A stretch of 62,751 nucleotides of DNA, filler included, from Globobulimina sp. (taxonomy: Eukaryota): NCBI GenBank assembly GCA_003354225.1. It is 18 parts of 18 records of this genome, joined end to end, with 100 filler letters (N's around TTAATTAATTAA, not from the genome) between each part and the next. Parts side by side here need not be neighbours in the genome. Positions count along the whole stretch, not along the records: positions 55,876 to 59,263 come from PIVH01002926.1; positions 59,364 to 62,751 come from PIVH01002927.1; 16 more parts are not named here. One strand, 5' to 3'. The notes under the pieces were generated by a model that saw nothing but the letters and a program-made list of their open reading frames with translations, was not told the DNA's origin and made no database searches. Position numbers and translations under genes: made by a program. Every line of letters starts with the position of its first letter. Position 1 is the stretch's first letter. Shown here one piece after another: positions 57,337-62,751 of this stretch.

Positions 57337-58458
57337 ATGACTAATTCAAAAACCAATGTAATGTTTGTGATTAACTCCTTGTCAATCGGTGGCGCCGAAA
57401 GGCAATTGGTTGAACTTTTAAAAGGGATCGACAGGGAACGCTACAAGCCATGTCTTGTTTGCTTTTGTGAAGGTACTGGCTTTACGGATGACGTCAAAAT
57501 ATTGAATCTTCCAATTTTTTATGCAATGCGAAAGTGGCGGTGGGACCCCTTTGTGATATGGAAGTTGTTCCAGTTGATTCGGGAACACCGTATCGACTTG
57601 ATCCACACTTTTATGCCTCTTGCTGGCATTTACGGCTCCATAGCAGCACGACTATCGGGAGTACCCATAGTAAATTCAAGCATTAGGGATTCCAGGAAGC
57701 CCACCTTATATGAAAGACTAATCCTGAGTCCCACCTTTGCCATGTCAGATGTGGTTATCTCCAACTCCGAGGCCGGCAGACGGGTAGCTGAAAAGTGCTT
57801 CCCATATCAAGTAAGGGTCGTATACAATGGCATCGACTTTAAGAGATTTGCTGAGTTCAAGTACAAAGAGAAAAAAATAAGAGAGCTGAACTTAGGACAG
57901 TTTAACCACTTAGTATCAATTGTTAATAGATTAGAACCACAAAAGAATCCCATGCTGCTGATAAAAGCGGCAACCATCGTCTTGAAGCAGGAGCCGAGGA
58001 CGGCGTTCTTAGTAATGGGTGACGGTTCTCTGAGAAACGAACTGGAAGTCGCGGTGAGACAAAATGGCCTTGGCACCAATATATTTTTTCTCGGTTTCCG
58101 TAAAGATGTCGAGGAGATATTGCAGATTACCGATGTGGGCGTGTTGACATCAAACTACGAAGGGCTTCCCAATAATGTCATTGAAATGTTTGCCTCGGGT
58201 GTACCCGTTGTCGCAACGGATTGTGAAGGGACAAGAGAAGTCTTGGATGATGGGGTAACCGGCGTTCTTGTGACAGCAGGCGACGAATACGGGTTAGCCC
58301 GGGAAATAGTGAGGCTATTAAGGGACGAAACATTGAGGCGAACGATGGGGGCAATGGGAAAGGCTGCGGTGTTCGAAAAATTTAATTTAACTAAAATGGT
58401 AGGTACAATAGAAAGTATTTATCGCCAGTTGTCAGGCTCAAACCACAAGGGGAATTGA
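57337..58458 (+). CDS. Bacterial glycosyltransferase family 4
   Basis: IGGAERQL, VYNGID, QKN, EGLPNNVIEMFASGVPVVATD. Confidence 0.95.
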   Translation: MTNSKTNVMFVINSLSIGGAERQLVELLKGIDRERYKPCLVCFCEGTGFTDDVKILNLPIFYAMRKWRWDPFVIWKLFQLIREHRIDLIHTFMPLAGIYGSIAARLSGVPIVNSSIRDSRKPTLYERLILSPTFAMSDVVISNSEAGRRVAEKCFPYQVRVVYNGIDFKRFAEFKYKEKKIRELNLGQFNHLVSIVNRLEPQKNPMLLIKAATIVLKQEPRTAFLVMGDGSLRNELEVAVRQNGLGTNIFFLGFRKDVEEILQITDVGVLTSNYEGLPNNVIEMFASGVPVVATDCEGTREVLDDGVTGVLVTAGDEYGLAREIVRLLRDETLRRTMGAMGKAAVFEKFNLTKMVGTIESIYRQLSGSNHKGN

Positions 58459-58662
58459 CACAGTGGAACAGAATACAGACCCGATATCCTTTATACCATG
58501 ATTGGTGCAGATAACCACCAATCATGCGAACATCGTGAATTATAACAGGTTTCAGTGAAATGATGCGATATCAAGAGCTATGCCTGTTGATGGGGGTTAC
58601 CTGTTTAATTTTGAACCTCTTGAGGCTACCACAACATATGTACTCGGAGAGACAAACAAGTC

Positions 58663-59263
58663 ATGAAAAAAAATAAGAAGTCGGGGGGTGCGACCATCTT
58701 GATTGCCATTTTGGTAATTCTCCCGATTATATTCTTGCATTCGCATATTGCACATGCTGAGGCTGGGCTTCGTCAATATGCGCCATTGCCTGTTCAATTC
58801 CAGGCGCGCCAGAGTTCCGTTCGTGCTTTCTGTAATGGTATGGTCGTTACATCGAGTATGGGAGGGCAATTTTTCATTTACAAGAGACTCTTGGATGGTA
58901 GTAGGGACACCCTTCTTCAGGGGCCATGGAGCAGGGAATCAATGCCGCAATTTAAGACGCACTCAGCGGATCATTATTCGATAACCGGGCGAAATGAAAA
59001 AAACGGGGGATCTTATGTCATTGATTATAAAATTGAAAATAATAACACAATCAAGATCAAACTCAGCTTCATTGCCCCAAGCAGCCTTGCTGCGGTGGAA
59101 TACGAAATATTAACTCTGCCGGATGAACTCTTTCGAGGAGCAGTAATAAACGGTGATTTAAAATCCGCGGCCGACGTAAAGACCCTGCCTTATAATCCAC
59201 AGCCAATATCGGAACGATTTCTATTAAGTAACAAGAATACCCTGAATGTTCATGGTTCTTTGT
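58663..59263 (+). CDS. Bacterial secreted hypothetical protein, 3' partial
   Basis: GGAG upstream; Sec signal peptide ending AHA. Confidence 0.7.
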
Positions 59264-59363
59264 NNNNNNNNNNNNNNNNNNNNNNNNNNNNNNNNNNNNN
59301 NNNNNNNTTAATTAATTAANNNNNNNNNNNNNNNNNNNNNNNNNNNNNNNNNNNNNNNNNNNN

Positions 59364-59854
59364 ATATGTACAGACGGCATTTGCACCACATTCAAACGAT
59401 GTGGCATTCACTGCATATGTGTTTATGGCGGACGGATTTGATGAATCTGAACAAGTGCTGCTTTCATTATATGCTTTAAAAAATACAGATCCACCATCTA
59501 CTGAGCACATAAATTTGCCGGAATCATACGAGTCAAAAAAACTACCTTAAATTGTTATTTATATACTTTCCCGTACTTTGGTGCAGATGGTTTATTTTTT
59601 AGATTCCTATGGTAATGGTATTAAATCTACACAAACCAAAGCAGGGAGACTATATATTATTATTTATTTATAAAGATGTAAAGAAATGTACTAGTACCAC
59701 TTTCACAGACTCCAATTGGCTTTGGGACGTTCCAGCTCACTGTTTGTGATGATGGTCCCCCAAATGATATGGTGGGTGAATCTACTTTATTACATATACT
59801 TTTACCATATTTATTTAGTGCACATAACGAAATTAATAAACCCAACCAATACAT
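59364..59854 (-). CDS. Cys-containing secreted protein, spliced, 3' partial
   Basis: Signal-like start, PIGVC exon, and downstream exon FMCSVDG..CSD..FECG..C. Confidence 0.45.
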
Positions 59855-59964
59855 GTTTGAAACTTTATCCAGATGCTTATATTTGCTTAGTGTTAGAAGG
59901 GAATTGTGAAATGTGTTAATTAAATTTTTTAGCTGCAGAAAAACTAAAAAAAAAAAACGTTAAT

Positions 59965-61252
59965 TTATGTATGAGAGCGATCAGCACTACTTACAGTGTT
60001 TGACAATGAAGAATCAACACTCAAATGGTCAACAGTTTTAGGTTTCGAGTTTGTCATTACTGCAGCTGACGTTGGGTAGCTATAACTCTTATCACTCTTT
60101 GTCTTTACACGTTCCCTTATTATACTGTTTGAGTCCAGAGACTGGCATAATTTCCCCAAATCTCCATACGAATTATGATATGTTTCATCAACTAACTTAT
60201 CTTTATTCTGCTTATTTCGTTGCACTTCGAGTCTATCATTATACACTAAATCATTTGAGACATTATCGTTGTTCCTATCATACACATTCGCATCCGCAAC
60301 ACTTACATGTCTCACTCGCAAATACGAATAAAATGTAAGATATAAAATAAAATGTCCCACAATCTCATGATCAATAATCCATAGTGGTTTATCCGACACA
60401 TTAAAATTCCATGTTATAAAAAAATATAAATATGCTCCTAATAAATTAAGATAATATAATATGAATCCAGTGCACAAAAATATCATTTTTACGTACAACT
60501 GCCGTGTTTCCACAATGCTTTTATAATAGGATAGAATACAAAATTATAATTTGATGCAAAAGTAAAAACATAAAGAAAAACCTGCATTGCGGCTGCTGGA
60601 ATGTCATAGATTGTGGAGGAGCCGGTGAGATTAATAGGGAATTCACGTTTGTTTGTTTAAATAATGTGGTGATTTTAAGCAAGAAGGAAATTAATGTCAG
60701 TGTGTATATGGAGTTAATAGCGAACCAAACAGCTATTATAATTATATATGTATTTTTAGGGAATGTAGTATATGAAAATGCGAGGACCTCTGTAATTACT
60801 CCCATTGTATATCCACACAGATATATTATCATAATTGCATTTAAATAGCACGGTAATGTGTTGTTTTTTCCTTTTGTGGATTGATGATGTTTCGTATGAT
60901 AATATGCCCGAAATACACGCAATGATAATAAAATTATAATTATTCCGGTTAGAAAATCTGCGCTTGATGCTAATGATAATATTACTATTCGTGCATCTAA
61001 GTGCAGATGGAAATAATATTGAAATGGCCACCAAAAATCTGCAAAACATGTCAGTATTATCAGTAACCGTAAACGTTGAAATACTTTGTGATCGTGTCGA
61101 TAGGTTTCATGCCTCCCACAACAATATGTAAATATAAAAATGACGAAAAATAGTAACATTATTGCGTCTTTACATGCCCATGCAATAAATTCGGCACTTT
61201 TCAGATTCAATGCAGGTTTAAAATCAAAAATAGATGATGATGACGAGACCAT
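59965..61252 (-). CDS. Orphan 7TM (GPCR-like) membrane protein; intron 60518-60581
   Basis: The 64-nt GT-AG intron joins five upstream and two downstream TM helices in frame (QC-S-IVETRQL). Confidence 0.7.
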
Positions 61253-61494
61253 GATTCTGCAAATATTAAAACAAAAACACTTGAGTCATTTCTCGATGGT
61301 GGAGCAAAACCAGATTCGATTCCAATTCTTAGACAGTTAAATATATCTAAAACAAGGTTTTATGTACAACTGAAACAATATGCTGCACATATTTGATGTG
61401 GTGATGTGGTTGAGACGCAACCAAGAGGTACTATACAGAAAGACACATTTATGCGATTTGATTATTCGTTACAAGGTGACCATTGTTATACATT

Positions 61495-61578
61495 TATATT
61501 AGTATTAGTATATGATAGTATTAGGATAGTATTAGCATAGTATTAGTATTAGGATAGTATTAGTATATGATACTATTT
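61495..61578. repeat. TAGTAT-type low-complexity microsatellite
   Basis: Read directly from the sequence. Confidence 0.8.
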
Positions 61579-61656
61579 TTGATTAGTTTGCAATTTGGTG
61601 ATGGTATATGTTGTCTGTTTGGTAATGGGTCTGTTCAAATTCAAATTGATGACGCA

Positions 61657-62402
61657 TCAGTATTTGATTCTACATTCGACGACGGGATGGAAGTCATTTG
61701 ACAGCCGATTTTCATACAAAAAGCGGTTCAAATCCGCCACTTTCATGCTGGTGTTCACCACCACAGTCTCTCGCGCATAATCTATGTACGGCGCATATGG
61801 ATACTTTGAGAAATCCATCAAAAGGCCCTCGCAATCCACCAACGCATAATTGCTGCTCTTGGCTGCGCCCATCACGCGGATTATTTTGCTGCCATTGTTC
61901 CGCACAATGATCTCCTTTATCTTTAGATGCCATCATCATCGGATAGACATAATCCAATGGTATCATACGCCAATTTCCCAACGACATGTCGGGTCTTTTG
62001 GCTGCCGCCGGGATCCGCAGCTCGAATCTTTGCGATCTCTTTCTTAGTCGCGCGGAGAAGGAGCATCGCCAAAATGTCCGCGCCCACCGGTTCCTGCACC
62101 AAAGAGGCGTTCAGAGAACTTAACTCGGCGCCGCGGTAAGTATGGCGAACGACCGAGTGCCGTAAGGCGGCTTGCGGCGGCGGCGAATTCAATATGGATT
62201 GCAATAAATCGTCGGACCGTCGGCGTTGGGCAGGCGCCGGACGAGCGGCCCGTTGTTGGTAAGTTTGGTTCGGAGGGGGTGTGGCCAACAATGTGGATGA
62301 CACTAGCAACTTATTGTTGGTCAACAAATTCAAGACGGCAAAACCAACGAATTCATTTTCCAGCCCATAATATAGAAATATATCTAAATGGTTTACCATC
62401 AC
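61657..62402 (-). pseudogene. GC-richer unidentified coding sequence spread over three overlapping frames
   Basis: Protein-like segments in ORFs 61923-62402, 61712-61987 and 61657-61905 follow one another via two apparent frameshifts. Confidence 0.35.
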
Positions 62403-62751
62403 AACAAAAAGAAGGACATCATTCTGTTTATTAGAGGCAAATGTAGTTCAAAGTTCAAACACATAAATGTATATTCAATCAAGGCACAATAAATCATGGC
62501 GGGTTGAATGGTTCCTTTCTGTGAAACATTATTCAATCATTAAATTAGTTTCATTTCAAATTCAAGTATCTTTGAACGGTGGTGCTGTGACTGACAATAT
62601 TTATGAACATGAACAGAAACAGAAACAGATACAAAATAAAAGAGTCGATGCACGATTAGATGGATTGGAATGGTGTTATTAGAGAAATTGAATAGAATTA
62701 GATGATATATTGACGGACTTAAATATGATAAAAACAGTTACAAAATGATGT

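Noticed and set aside
3397-59363. Regularly spaced TTAATTAATTAA repeats
   Set aside because: Artificial linkers embedded in N runs. Gene adjacency across them has no biological meaning.
62560-62600. IQVSLNGGA peptide shared with the IPT protein at about 250
   Set aside because: Short match with no flanking similarity, on unrelated contigs.
1-62751. Genome-wide stop-codon reassignment
   Set aside because: Many long conserved ORFs are uninterrupted and end at TAA or TGA at the expected positions. Only the Yip1 gene shows an internal stop.

Overview
This is not one locus. It is 18 unrelated contigs of about 3.39 kb, sorted by decreasing length and joined by 100-nt linkers (N44-TTAATTAATTAA-N44). 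Most contigs are AT-rich, gene-dense eukaryotic DNA with short (about 50-70 nt) GT-AG introns and tiny intergenic spaces. The gene families (kelch, orphan 7TM, ankyrin, PPR) suggest a protist, possibly foraminiferan/rhizarian (inference). One contig (55876-59263) is bacterial (a polysaccharide-biosynthesis operon), and one (13984-17378) looks like a different eukaryote. At least three junctions truncate genes mid-domain, suggesting whole-genome-amplification chimeras. Recognisable genes include an ADP-ribosylglycohydrolase, a Thg1-like 3'-5' polymerase, SLC44, Yip1, tRNA-Sec, syntaxin, a glutamine synthetase pseudogene, Amt, eS26, SWIB/BAF60, dynein intermediate chain, prolyl 4-hydroxylase and phnA. 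The most unusual items are: an intron-containing RRM + M23 peptidase + macrodomain fusion; a voltage-sensor/PTEN protein with a dead active site; an Rbx1-type RING embedded among ubiquitin-like domains; a head-to-head Thg1-like/ADP-ribosylhydrolase pair; and a Yip1 gene with an in-frame UGA in a dataset that also contains tRNA-Sec(UCA). All assignments come from motif recognition by eye; no searches were run.
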